In this document: in pieces, positions 1 through 12,650 of the stretch | How positions within the stretch are numbered: the stretch's first letter is position 1 | How the letters are laid out: the number at the start of each line of letters is the position of its first letter | The notes under the pieces: generated by a model | Told to the model about the DNA's origin: nothing | Databases searched by the model: none | The model's input: only the letters and a program-made list of their open reading frames with translations | Made by a program: the position numbers and the translations under genes | Assembly: GCA_973895155.1 (NCBI GenBank) | Contig: OZ316898.1 | Coordinates: 126,751-190,750, forward strand | Direction: 5' to 3' | From: Marsupella aquatica | Lineage: Eukaryota; Plantae; Marchantiophyta | DNA: 64,000 bases

Positions 1-596
1 ACAGAAGATCGTCGAGTTGATTGGAAGTAGGCGTCCACAGGAACTCATCCTTGATGAGTTTGCCTCCTAAGAAAGCCGTCTTCTGCAGCTCCCACAATCG
101 AGCGAGCTCCTGCCGTTCTCGAGCTGCCCTTTCTGACTCCTCGTCCTTGTAAGTCTTGATGTACTCAGTTGCCCGTTCGAACAGGCATCCCCAGAAATGT
201 GCCGCTTGATTGACGTTGCTCATACCCTCCTTAGGTCGATCGTCGGTATCTATTCTCTCCCCGAGTGCTTGCCTAAGCAGCTGACAGTAGTTGGCCTCCC
301 GTAGTCGTCTGCCTAGTTCGTGCTCGCAAATGAGCCACCATCTCCTGCAAGCGCTCCTTACCCCTCTCCTCTGCCGGTCCTTCTGCCCGTTGATCCTTCC
401 TAGCCGCCGACGCTTAACGCGCCCTAACCCTAATCGGGTTTTCACCCTCAGCCTTACCTCCGGCCTCTGCCCGGGTTCCATGGTTGCCCCTAATTGTTTA
501 TATTTTCCTTGTTTTGTCCCTATACTAAGGTGTTCCTAGGGTGCCTTCCTGCTTTACCCACTTAACCGGCCGAGTGATTCCTGTCTAGGCATCACA
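1..596 (-). mobile_element. Partial X1-family coding LTR (5' end), inserted in pol of element Y
   Basis: Reverse complement of the start of 55280-59915 (ends ...CTAGGCATCACA at 596). Interrupts Y pol at GHLHKEG. Flank ACCTT is the predicted TSD; the other end is outside the window. Confidence 0.9.
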
Positions 597-1844
597 ACCT
601 TCCTTATGTAGGTGACCCTGTATCATGACGTAAGGCCCGGCTTTCCGTAAAAACACAGCGGCGGCCTCCTGATTGATGCCGTCAGGGATGCGGCCCGTTA
701 AAAGGAAGGTGATTATTGAGCCGTACCATGTTGGTGTCCCTTCCCCCACGTGGAACAACTCCTCATCCGGAAAAATATCATCAATTGGCTGATCGACTGG
801 TACGCCGTCCAGTCGTGAAAAGAAATCGGCATTGAGGTGTACCCTTCCTGGCCGAACCCGAACTTTGTAATTAAATTCCTGGAGAAGTAGCACCCACCGG
901 GCTATCCGTCCTGTCACATCCGCTTTGTTGACCATGTACTTCAGGCTATCATGATCCGTGTGGAAAATGACCTTGTAGCCTAGCAGATAGTGTCGGAACT
1001 TTTTACACGAGTAGATTATTCCCAAAGCTTCTTGATCAGTGGGGGAATAATTCTTTTCGGTTGCAAATAGTTGACGGCTAGCGAAATAGATGGGGTGATC
1101 ACGTCCATCCTCATCTAGCTGACTAAGTACGGATCCGATACAGAACCCTGACACATCGACATACACGTGGAACTCCTTATTCCAGTCTGGGGTGACCATG
1201 ATAGGCGCGGTGGTGAGTCGTTTACGGAGTTCCTCGAAAGCAATCCGTCTTCGGGGTGTCTCCTCAACCACTGCGTCCTTCTTCATCATCTCAGTTAAGG
1301 GCAACGCAATTTTGGCAAAGTCTTTAATGAACCGGCGGTAATACCCTACGCAGCCCAAGAAGGATCGTACTGCTTTTTGATCCAAGGGGAACACCACCGC
1401 CATCTAGGCCGCAACTTTCTCTTGGTCCACCTCAATGCCCCGTTTGGACACACGATGCCTGAGTAACACCCCCTCCTCTACCCCGAAGAAGCATTTGGCG
1501 GGATGTAGTTTGAGGTTAACATCTCGGCATCGTTGCAACATTCTTCGTAGGTGTTCGGGGTGCATGGCAACGGTTCCGAAGATGGCAAAGTCATCGATAA
1601 ATATCTCCAAAAATTCCCGTAGGAAATCGTGGAAGATATTCATCATAAGGCGCTGAAACATGGCCGGGGCGCTACACAGACCAAAAGGCATCCTCCGAAA
1701 TGCGAACGTCCCCCACTCCGTAGTGAAAGTTGTTTTGAGCTGATCCGCGAGACGAATCCAGATTTGGTTATAACCTGAATACCCGTCAAGAAATGTATAG
1801 ATTTCATTTCGGGCCACCATATCTAGAACCATATCCGTGAATGG
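597..1844 (-). pseudogene. Element Y pol: RT C-terminal part, RNase H and linker
   Basis: LDGYSGYNQI, MPFGLCSAP, FIDDF, VYVDVSG, HTDHDSL, NADFFSR motifs; in-frame stop at 1404-1406. Confidence 0.9.
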
Positions 1845-4800
1845 TGTCATGCCTAGACAGGAATCACTCGACCAGTTAAGTGGGTAAAGCAGGAATGCAC
1901 CCTAGGAACACCTTAGTATAGGGACAAAACAAGGAAAATATAAACCATTAGGGGCAACCATGGAACCCGGGCCGAGGCCGGAGGTAAGGACGCTGAGGGT
2001 GAAAACTCGATTAGGGTTAGGGCGCGTTAAGCGTTGGCGGCTAGGAAGAAGGACCGGCAGAGGAGAGGGGTAAGGAGCGCTTGCAGGAGATGGTGGCTCA
2101 TTTGCGAGCACGAACTAGGCAGACGACTACGGGAGGCCAACTACTGTCAGCTGCTTAGGCAAGCACTCGGGGAGAGAGTAGATACCGACGATCGACCTAA
2201 GGACGGTATGAGCAACGTCAATCAAGCGGCACATTTCTGGGGATGCCTGTTCGAACGGGCAACTGAGTACATCAAGACTTACGAGGACAAGGAATCAGAA
2301 AGGGAGCTCGAGAATGGCAGGAGCTCACTCGATTGTGGGAGCTGCAGAAGACGGCTTTCTTAGGAGGCGAACTCATCAAGGACGAGTTCCTGTGGACGCC
2401 TACTTCCAATCAACTCGACGATCTTCTGTTTTGCAAAGACAGCGTCGTCGGCATCCGAGAAGCCATCAAGAACTGCAACGACATACACTGGGAATTAAAG
2501 GGTAGCACGGAAAGGTGGACCCAGGCAACGGTGCTAGGAGAAACCTCCACGGCAGCAGAGATGAAGAGGAAGGGAGCCGTCAACGATGAAGCCACCCCGG
2601 CAAAAAGAACAAGGTCGGCGGCACCAAAGAAGCCAGCCGAGCAGCAGAGCAGGAGGCAGGGAGAAGCCGAAGAGGAGGAGGTCGATCCCATCAAGGCCAT
2701 TCCAACCAGGGATGACACCTGGAAGGGCTGGGCGGCAACCCTACCGGTGGAGGTGCAACTACATTTTGCACAGGAGGAGGATGCATGCTTCACGGCCATG
2801 CAGACCAAGAAGTACCAAGGCTTCATGGCCGGATCCGGCTTAGAGGCCTTTGTAAGATTACCATGGCTGAAGCCGGAGGTACCGGAGTCAGACCTATTAG
2901 AATTCGTGGGGTCATGGGAACCCGAGACCAATTGCACGAGGATATATGGGAAGGATTTCTATCTTACTTCCAAGGTAATTGCCGAAGTATTTGGCTTGCC
3001 AATAGGCAATAAGACCAAAGTTGATACCAGGAAGACCTTGCCTGACAAGGAGTTCCGGTCGTTCCCCGGGCCATCAACAAAGAATGGCTTCTTCCGGAAC
3101 ACCTGCACCAACCTGCACATAGGAGAGATGATCGACTTCTTGCGAGTGACCATGCATTGTAACTTGCCGAGGGCAGAGATCGGCAAGGCACAGGTCTATC
3201 TGGCAGAAAGGCCAGACCCAAGCCGGGACTACAACGGATACCTCCTCAACCAATTGAAGAAGATCTTAAAGGAGGAGCAGCAGGTAATCGGCATGGGGAG
3301 CATGTCGCGGCTTGGCTATCACATGCCGCTGTTGTGCCGGTATGCCAGAGGTCAGACTTTTGCCCCAGTACTTCCCCTGCAGGTAAGGGCACCCGAGGAA
3401 GCTCCAACGCCGAGGCCATTGGCTGAGAAGCCTCAACCACCTGTTAGCCCTGCGATCGAGCAGGTGTTTAGGCCCAGGAAGGAGGACTTGCCGATGCAGC
3501 AACCAGGCATGCAGAGTCTGCTGAAACTACTGGAGAAAGAAAAGAAATCGGCATCGGCAACAACAACGGCAACGGCAACAATGCAGGACACTACTATAGA
3601 GGTAGGCCTACACCGGCTCACAAGAGAAAACCCCTTTGCTGGAGACAAGGAGAGAATCAGGCCGGAATCCAAGCCAGGTGTTCGAATGTACGTGGGAACC
3701 TCAAGCTCCGAATCTGAGGCAGAATTGCCTGAAGCTCCTACCGACGAAGAGGAGAGGGAGAAGCCGGACGTCCAAGAAGTAGAGGAGGCAGTGGAGGACT
3801 GCAGCCATGATAATTCCGGCTATGGGTCGGACCATCACGTTCCAGGAGTAAGGACATGTGGCCGGTTTGTCCCCACACTTCCAAGGGTAGTGCGAGGGGA
3901 CCCCAACCAGCAGAGTAGCCCTGAGTCTCCCCCACCAGATGTTGCTCCCCCGAGCTTTGACGGCATAAAATAGACGGTGCAGGAATTTCAGGAGCGAATC
4001 AGGCAGGAAGAGGAGGCAGCCCTGGCTAGGGAAAAGGATTTACCAGGAGGAGATTGGCCGGAGGACATCAGGCGGCTAGCCAAAAAAAGAGTAATCCGAC
4101 TCCACAAGCCGTGGTGACCAAGGAGGTAGAACCAGCACCATCCTCCGGCATGAATACGGCAATAGATCCCGCTATCATCACAGGTGGGGGTGGTGCGGCC
4201 CAAGCCGAACTACTCAGTAATAAGACCGGTATTCCAGATCCGCCTCTTGAGCAGGCCGGGGAGACCGTAGCCGAGGCTGAGGCCGTAACCGATTCCCGAG
4301 CCGATGCCGACGCCGATGGTGGACCCAGTCAGGCCGATGGAGAGTTGACTCAGTCAAGGGCAGGTAATCTGTCAGAGAATGAACCTACGGTAGTGGCTGA
4401 GGAGGAAGCGTTGGGGGCGTCCATTAAGGATCCACCACCGGTGTCGTGACGGTGCAAGGGCGCCGTTCCTTTTAGGGAGGGCGGACGTGGAGGGAGGAGG
4501 CGTGAGTGGGCAGGGCGGGCGCTGATCTCCAAGTTTAGGATTAGGATCAGGACCAGGAGCGGCCCTGACACTTAGCTTAGTGGGATTGCGGTCCCACTGG
4601 TAGGAGCAACACTTGTGCTCCTGCCTTGCTGTACATAGGTAGATTCGGGCAAGTAGATTACTGTTAAGTAGATTAGGCTTACGATGCAAAGAATGGCGGA
4701 TCCACTACCAGGATAAGTACCTGGGCAGCGGGGAGCTCAGGGCCTCTTCTTTAGCAAGTTTTTAGTGTGCACCAGCCGGGCTGGGATCAAGTAGTACGAG

Positions 4801-5352
4801 AAGCTCTCGGTTAGTCATACAGTGACCCTTGTGTATATTCATGTTTCCTCATGCCTAAGAGCTGAATAGAGTTGGCCTCACGGCTTAGTTCGCAGAGCTT
4901 GTGTATGAGATGTACTGTTTGTATGGCAAGTGCATGGTATGACTCAGTCAGAATGAGTCATTTTGCTATTTGTGTGTCGCATTAACTTGTGTGAAGAGTG
5001 CCCACATCAACCAAAAGGAAGGAAAGTAAGCAGGGGAGTGAGAGTTGGATGTGTCGAGCTGAGAGAGGTCTTAGCGGCTTAACCAAGCCTATTGGGGATC
5101 ATTCCGGCGGCGGAATCCAAACATACCTAACAAGACGGAAGGGGAAGGCCTAGATTAGGCCGGCTACGTATCTCATGACCCGATGAAGGATCTGTCCAGT
5201 ATATGTGTGTAAAATGTTAATAGTAGTAGTAGAAGGTTAGCAGCGTCCCATGCCGCTAAGCCGAGGAAACGGCCTCGCCAAGCGCGAAACCTGCGGGAAT
5301 CGGCTTGAGCTGGGGGGTTTCTTGGGTTTAGGGAGCCATGGGACGCACCACA
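1845..5352 (+). mobile_element. X1 solo LTR (3508 bp, internally deleted)
   Basis: TGTCATGCC...GCACCACA termini; 5-bp TSD AATGG (1840-1844 and 5353-5357); splits Y RT at DHYPLPF|TDMVLD. Confidence 0.95.
2208..4449 (+). pseudogene. Disrupted copy of the LTR-encoded accessory ORF
   Basis: Near-identical to 55653-58994 but with a frameshift near 2305, a CAG>TAG stop at 3971-3973 and a deletion of about 1.15 kb near 4085 that removes the coiled coil. Confidence 0.9.
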
Positions 5353-8300
5353 AATGGTAATGGGTAATGGTCTTTTCGGGTTGCGTCATTCAGCTTACGG
5401 TAGTCCTGACAGATACGAATCTTAGGTTTTCCATCCGTACCTCCCTTCTTTGGTACAATGACAATGGGAGAGACCCAGTCGCTGGCCATTACCGGGTAAA
5501 TGATATCGGCGGCAAGGAGACGATCAATTTCCTCCTTCACTAAGATGGAGTACCTCGGATTCATGCGATGTTGTCGCTGTCGTACCGCATGGGCTCCTAG
5601 GTTCAGATCGATCGTGTGTTCTCCCAACTCGGGGGAGACGCCTGTTAAATCATGATGACTCCATGCAAACACATCTTCATATTCCTTGAGCAAAGCTTGG
5701 ATGGATTTTTCAGCCTTCCCCGTCAGAGCGTGGCCCAGGTTAAAAGATTTGTCCATCCCAATAGTGTACTTCCGGTAGTGCTCCTTCCTGATGACTTCAA
5801 CCTGGTTTCGCAGACTCGGGTCCAGGCTCGCGTCAAGCTCAGCTAACCGAACTCCTCCGTACATGGGTGGGACCAGGATTGGTCTCGGGATGGGGTTTAC
5901 TTCCTCCAATTGCGGAATGGACGGATCCCATGAGACTCGCTTCTTATGTCTCGGTCTCGAGTTTTCGGCCTCAGGCGGTTGTTGGGCTGGTTCATGGTTA
6001 CGAGGCTCTGAAATGGAAGGAGTAGCCTCGGCTCCCTGCTTAGCTGGAGCCGTGTCCTCCGTCTCGACGAGTTTTTCGTGCATTTCCTCATCCCCGACAG
6101 TAGATGTGCTTGGGGTGGACTCAATGGCAGCCCTCGGGTAATTTAGGAGATGTGTTTCGCGGGTTGCTTCAATTCCAAAGACATCTTCCTCGGATAGGGA
6201 CGAGATGAGTTCGATCATATTGAGTTCCTCTTCCTCCGAGGTCTCCGAATCATATTCCTCGGGTCCTTGTGGGGTTTCTCCCTGATAATCGTCCATTGCC
6301 CAGGATACCCGTACGGTGGGTTCCCCGAACCGTAGCTCCTTCTTTCCCCAATCCGTGACTACGCGGCCACCGTACAACCACGGCCTGCCCAGAAGAACCG
6401 GGTAAGAGGAGGGACGAACCGGCCTCATGACTAAGAAGTTGAGATAGAACTCTACCCCTCCCACCAGAGTGAGCACTCGTGTGAGCATGCCTAATGGGAG
6501 GACCCTTGCCCCGTTTGCTAATCTGATAGCTCGGGCCGTGGGTTGATACGTGAGGTATCCTAATTTGACTGACGTTTCTTCAGTCATGATGTTGACTCCC
6601 GCTCCTCCGTCTACAAGAACCATCTTGATGGTACAATTATTAATTTCGATCGAGATGTCCGGCGCTCCAAGGTCCTCGCATATCATGTTGTAGTCCGCGA
6701 TCCCAACTCGGGGTAGTCTCCTCCTTCGGCGACCCATGAACAACTCCCTCAGTTGTCGTCTGTACTGTGGGTTGTTCTGCAGCAGTTGCCCTACCGTCGC
6801 TGTAACCGGGCAACTCTTCACGTCCTCCTTAATATCATAGTCCTCCTTTGTTTCTTTCGTTGGCTGCTGCTTGGCTTCCTCTTGTTTATCTTGCTTTTCT
6901 TGCTCCTGTCGCCGGGCTGTCTCGGCTGCTTTGATGTCCTTATCGATTGCCTTCTGATATTCCCGAGCTTCGTAAGCCTCCAGCTGTTTCTTCACCAATT
7001 CTTCGATGCGGGGGAAAAACAGCTTCGGGTCGTCCCGTCGGTAGTCATTGTCCTTTTCCGGGGGTATATTTATCGCTGGCTGCACCGGAGTAGTATCTTG
7101 CTTTTTCCTTCGTTTCTCCTCCGTCTTTTCTTCCTTCCGTTCGGCCCTTGTCGACACTCGGTAGCACTCGGCCTCGTCCAATGGATTAGGGTGTTCCGCC
7201 ACGTCCACCAGATTCACCCACTCGGTGTTGTCATCTTGCCATTCTACAGCAATCATTTGGATGACTGCATCGCTCGTGACTGGTCCAGCCTGGGCCGGTC
7301 TAGCCGCGCTCGTTCGAGCAGCGATTACCAACGGACAGTTGGCCGTGGAATGAGCCTCCGTTTTGCAAACTTGACATAGTGGGGTGCCTCGGCCATCTCC
7401 CTGACGTCTTGGTTTGGTGCATTCCCTCGCAAAGTGTCCTGGCTTTTCACAGTTGTAACAAACCGGGGATCGCCAAATCCCTGGCTTAGGAGGGATGCTC
7501 GGATTACTGATAACCTGGAAACTCCGACCATTGCTTGGGTAGGGGTACGCAGTTCTACCCGCTAGATTACGCGGACCTACCGTTGAAATCTGGTACACGG
7601 AATCAGGAGGGTCCTCAAAGAAATACTCCGTGGACTCCGATTCGGGGCCCGGGTTGTCAACATCATCCAGCTCTACTTGGTGAACTCGGTTCTTCCACCT
7701 TGGGCATTCCTGCACCACATGGCCGGATTGGAAGCACTTTGAACACCACGCATGGGCTCGAATCTCAGATGGCTTCTTCTTCTCCACCGGCTTTTCCGCA
7801 AGATGTACTGACAGTGCTTTGAGTCGATCCGTGATTTCGTTAAGCTTGTCTGCTTCGGCAGCCTTTGGATCTGGTATCGTTCTTCGCGCCCGGGGTTTAA
7901 TCTTCCCCTCCTTCTTCACTCGTCTCTTCTTCTTTTTTCTCCGGCTTTTGCTCTCCGAGTCACTTCCTGATGAACTGGAGGTAGAGGATCCGATGCTTGA
8001 AGCTGAATCCGAACTGGATTCCGTCTCTGAGCTGGACGAGGTCGAACGATGTTTCTTCTTCTTCTTGCGTTTCTTCTTCCTCTCGTCGTCCGATTCGGAG
8101 TCACTGTCACTGAAGGTCTCGTACTTACCCTTCCTGCGGCGTGCTCGCTGGCTCCGCCGGGAGTTATAGGTGGACTCCCGGTAAGTTTCGGTGCATGCTA
8201 TGGCCGCCTGCATTGAAATTGGATTATTCTGGCGTACCCAGAATTGCATATTCATGGGCAAACCATGAAGGAACCATGTAAGCTGGAGCGCATCTCCTAG

Positions 8301-8894
8301 CCTGGGCCGGATCTTGGCTGCAAGTTTCTGAAACTTCTGAATGAACTTCCGCAAGGAATCTTTTTTTCCCATGCGAAGCTGGCCAATCTTTAATAGAGAA
8401 CACTGTTCTGATCCAATGGCACGAAACTTCTGCAGCAATGCAGCTTGGAATTGTGCCCAGGTAGTCCCGGGTGGTAACGAGTTGTACCATGGACGAGCTT
8501 CTCCCCGCATCACTCCCGGGAGGACAATTAGCTTAATGGCGTCTTCCCCATTAGCTTTAGCAGTGGCTTCAAACTCATCCAACCATTCATTCGGATCATC
8601 CCCATGACGCCCTTTGAAAGGTCGATAATGAAATCACGATCGTTGCAATATTTGTGGAGGCGCTTGAGCAGCGCGGGCCACCGGTGGAGCGGCTGCCATA
8701 GGTGGTGGTGGTGGTGGTGGTGGAACCGCAGCAGGGCCGGTCGAACCGGACCCCGAAGGTCCCGGGGGTATGTTCATACATTGGGGCGATTGCGAGTCCT
8801 CCAAGCCCGATGAGTCGGAGCTTGTTGTGGTTGCACTTTCTCGTTCGCTGGTCAATCTCCTCAAGTAAGCTGCTTGAGAACGAGTGACGGGCAT
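5353..8894 (-). pseudogene. Element Y gag-protease-RT N-terminus
   Basis: Retrotransposon Gag, three CCHC knuckles (CSKCFQSGHVVQEC, CYNCEKPGHFAREC, CQVCKTEAHSTANC), protease VDGGAGVN...LLGRPWL, RT start CQDYRKLN; frameshift near 8630. Confidence 0.9.
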
Positions 8895-8987
8895 TTACTC
8901 ATATAAATGCAATGGTTAGTACTACGTCCTGATGTATCCTGCCTAGGTGAATACGCACATGTCTCCCCTCTACGATATGTAGAGTGC

Positions 8988-9005
8988 CCCCTCCATCTAG
9001 CACCA
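8988..9005 (-). promoter_or_regulatory. Primer binding site of Y (tRNA-Asn type)
   Basis: TGGTGCTAGATGGAGGGG, close to the complement of the plant tRNA-Asn 3' end (TGGCGCTAGAAGGAGGGG). Confidence 0.7.
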
Positions 9006-9749
9006 AAACAAAGGCTATGTCACGCCGTCGGCTTCGGCCTTAACTCAGACTTTAGCTTAGACGGGCACATCCCTCGTAAATCTGAGGGTTCGGGCAGGAA
9101 GGGAAGCACGTAATACACCTTATTCTCGTAAACTAGCGCTAAGTGCACATACTGCTAAATACGGACACCTCCTAGGTATGGTTTATGTTCCGCTGCCGAA
9201 ATGTACCTTAGTCGATAGCAGGATCGACCCCGGCTTAAGGGCTTCTAAGCCTTCGTGCTGTCCGCCTTCGATCCGGATTCGATGATACAGGTCCTCAACC
9301 CGTGCTCGCAACCACTTACCCGCAGGCTGCACCCTGTGCACGTCTCGGGTAGTGCGTTTGGCCTGGCGCTGCCACCCATATACAAGAAACCCACACACAT
9401 ATGCGCACACATGCATACAATCTCGATTTACACGAAGGAAAATGATGGGAAAGGATTTTACTACAAAGGGAACATATGCGTACACTTAATTGACCCGACA
9501 GCCCTGGAATGAACAGGTTCAAGGCCGAGGGTGCACACTACAACGGAGCCTGGCTCCGCACTCGCCCGGCGAGCTTAGTCCTACCCCCTCCCCTTGGTAC
9601 TCTTTCATTCCCAGAGGTCGGGACTCCCCGCATATCCCGCGGATGTCCAACTCTGAAACTAAAACCCCCCTGCCTCTACCGAGGGGTGCACTAAATACTA
9701 AGAGCCGAGGGATGGGGTGTCCTCTCGCCGAAGATTCGCTGACTAAGGT

Positions 9750-9858
9750 CCTAACTAAGCTGACAGTCAAGCCGGAAAACGGCTGTGTCTTATTAGAAGA
9801 TCCTAACTAAGCTGACAGTCAGGCCGCAAAATGGCTGTGTCTTATTAGAAGATCCTAA
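9750..9858. repeat. Two-copy tandem repeat of about 53 bp in the Y LTR
   Basis: CTAACTAAGCTGACAGTCA.GCCG.AAAA.GGCTGTGTCTTATTAGAAGATCCTAA occurs twice. Confidence 0.85.
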
Positions 9859-9964
9859 TCTACGCAGGTTGGATAGCAGGGCAGCACTGCTGTACCTAAG
9901 GCAGGTGCCTGTCCCAAGAGCCTGACTAAGCCAATCCTAATCCTAATCTATTCCTACTCCACCG

Positions 9965-12111
9965 CTAATGCCTGGCACGCTTGCCAGAGCCGCCCAAATA
10001 GGAACGGCCATCCCGCTGCCTTCGAAGCCTGTCATTGTCCGCTTTGAGGAGCTGGACCTGGTCCAGCAGAGATTCATTCTCTCGCCTCGCCGCGTCCGTC
10101 TCCTCTGCTGCCTCCTGACATGCCTCCTCCAGCTGCTGGGCGTCGCTCATCAGTTTACCCGCCAGCTGGTCCTGCTTCTCGGCCTCGGTTTGGAGCCGCG
10201 CCATCTCGGCCTGCAGCGTTGCTATCTCCGCCGTGTCCCGCTGGGCTCGCTCCTCGGCCTCCTCCAGGTCTTTCTGCCAAGTGACAGCTTGTTTCTTCAA
10301 ACTGTCAATCTGGTTCCGGAGTCGTGTAATCTCGGCCTCGTTCCCAGCTTTGGCCTGTTCGGCTAGGGCGGTAAGAGCGTGCGCCTTTGCTAACAACTCA
10401 TCGGCGGCTGCAACCTTGGGTCGTAGTTGCAGAAGCTCAGCCTCTTGAGCCGCCACTTCATTCTTTAGGTACACGGACTCCACCCGGTACCGCTCTATCC
10501 TCTGAAGGGCCTCCGACTGGGCTCGACCTGCCTTTACTGCGGCAACCAACTCCTGATTGAAGAAACAGGCTACCTTCCGGGCCATGAACTCCCCGATATC
10601 TCAGGCAATTTGATGAGAGAAATCTCCCAGAAGCCCGTTCAGAAACGTACCCTGTACGAAGAGTTCCGGGTGGTCCAAGTTGTGCCTGTCCGGATTGGGC
10701 ACGGGCAGACGTCAACACGCGCGGGGGTCGGGGCAGTGACGTCCAGCCCTGGGGACATAACGTTGGAAGGGGCTGGAGTGTCCTCCTGCAGCAATGTCCG
10801 GTTCTCCGGAATTGCCACCGGTGGGTCCTTGGGAGACCCGGGCTCGGGTAAGACCTCTGCCGTACCAACTTCTGTACTTAGCCCGGCTAGTTGGGTCGCA
10901 TCAACGGTTGCGACAACCGACCCATCCGGCGCCTCCTCGGTTACGATTACAGCCATTTGTGGAGGTGGGGTGGGTGAAGCTGGCGTGTCCGCTGGACTTC
11001 GGGCCTCGGGTTGGGGCCGTCTCTCCAATGCCAGAAAAACCCACCTAGCTGGGACCAGCTTTGTAACGTTGATGCGGGGAAGGGTTCGTCGATCAAACCG
11101 GGCGTACCACTCAAGAATGATTTCGATGTGGCTAGCGAAATACGCCTTCCCGCCAATTACAGCGTCTTCCTTCGCCGCTCCATTTCTTCATGGAATTTCT
11201 TAGCGAAGTACGACGCCCATTTCCTAGGTCGATAGTTCTCGACCTGGATAACCTGGGCGGCGGAGATCTCCCCCCGGGGTTCCATCATGTGGAGAGCGTA
11301 CCGTTGGAACTCCAGCCGCTCAGCTATCTCGGGCATGAGGCAGGTCCTCATCACAAACCCGTTGTCTACTGCTCCCTCTGAGGGAAAAATTGAAGATAGG
11401 TACTTGGCTCCCTTGCCCCCGAGAGCCCGTGATTCGACTCGATGGTCACCTTCGGGTAACCCGAAGATCATCTTGAGCCGTTCTTCTGTGAGGGACATAT
11501 TCCTTCCCCGTAGCCGAGTCTGTTGACGTACGTCGTCATAATTCTTGACGAATTCTGTCATGTCCTCCCCGTAGTACCTGCAAGTGTTCCAGGGGAGAGA
11601 GGTGAGGTGCTCAAATCCCTGAGTCTTCAGGTACACCGCATGCTTGGGATGGAGGATGTTGCTGTGAACGTTTTCCCCCATGCGGTGCATTGTCACCTTG
11701 GCTACGGCTACCGTGGCCAATGGTAACCCGGATGCAGTGGCGGATTCCTTCCTCTTCTTTCCCCGTGACTGGCTCGGGGAAGGTGATACTTCCCCATCCT
11801 CCCGATCGGGCTTGGGTAGTACCACTGCCGTTGGTAACGGGCCCGGGGCGGCCACGGTCACCATGTTGTCTGCTGGGGCCGCTCCTGGGGTCAGAGCAGG
11901 GGGTGGGGACGATATAGTGTCGGCCCCCCGAGCGCTTGTTCCTCTGGGCCGCCTGGTCAAGGGTGGGGTAGCCTCGTCGTCATCGCTAAGATCCACAGCG
12001 TTGATGACGGAGCGTACCTATGCTGGCTGGGTGATAGGTGGTGGGGTTTGGCTAGGCTGCGGCTGAGGCTGAAGCGGAAGCTGAGCCTGAGGTTGAGGCT
12101 GGGGTTGCATG
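9965..12111 (-). pseudogene. LTR-encoded accessory ORF of Y, middle and C-terminal parts (N-terminal part about 18593-18999)
   Basis: ORFs 11157-11996, 10639-11028 and 9965-10585. The core GFEHLTSLPW...EFVKNYD...IFGLPEG...NGFVMRTC...EISAAQV aligns by eye with the X core GLEAFVRLPW...EFVGSWE...VFGLPIG...NGFFRNTC...EIGKAQV; C-terminal coiled coil. Confidence 0.8.
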
Positions 12112-12650
12112 TGTTGAGCATAGACGACGATCGCAACGGCAAGCCCATGAACCATCCAACGCACAATAGTCGACACAAGAGATACGTGGTTCACCTCCTT
12201 GAGGCTACGTCCACGGGAACACACAAGAGAGCTTTACTGAACTCTAAGCCCGTCGGCTATACCGAGTCTCCACATGTAAGCTCTCCCTATCTCTCAAGTG
12301 GCTCCATAACAATGAGCCTTGGTTCTACCTCTCCAAGCACACATGCCTCTTATGATATAGTGTGCAACTTAGTTGTACCTAACCACGTAGTTGTACCAAC
12401 CCACGTTGTTGTACCAACCACGTCATACCTAACCTAGACGTAAGAGTAAATACCCAACAATCTTCCCCTTGACTCTGGTCTAGGGGAGAGTAATACTGCC
12501 AATGTATATGATCCCTCAGCGGGAAGTTCTGGACAGAAACCAAACCGGTTTCCCTCTCTAACTAGAGCAAACCAGAACTAAGCCGTAGCCTAATACATAG
12601 GAATGAGGAAGAGCATATATCAGTAATTACAATGAATGTTTAAGAAAACT

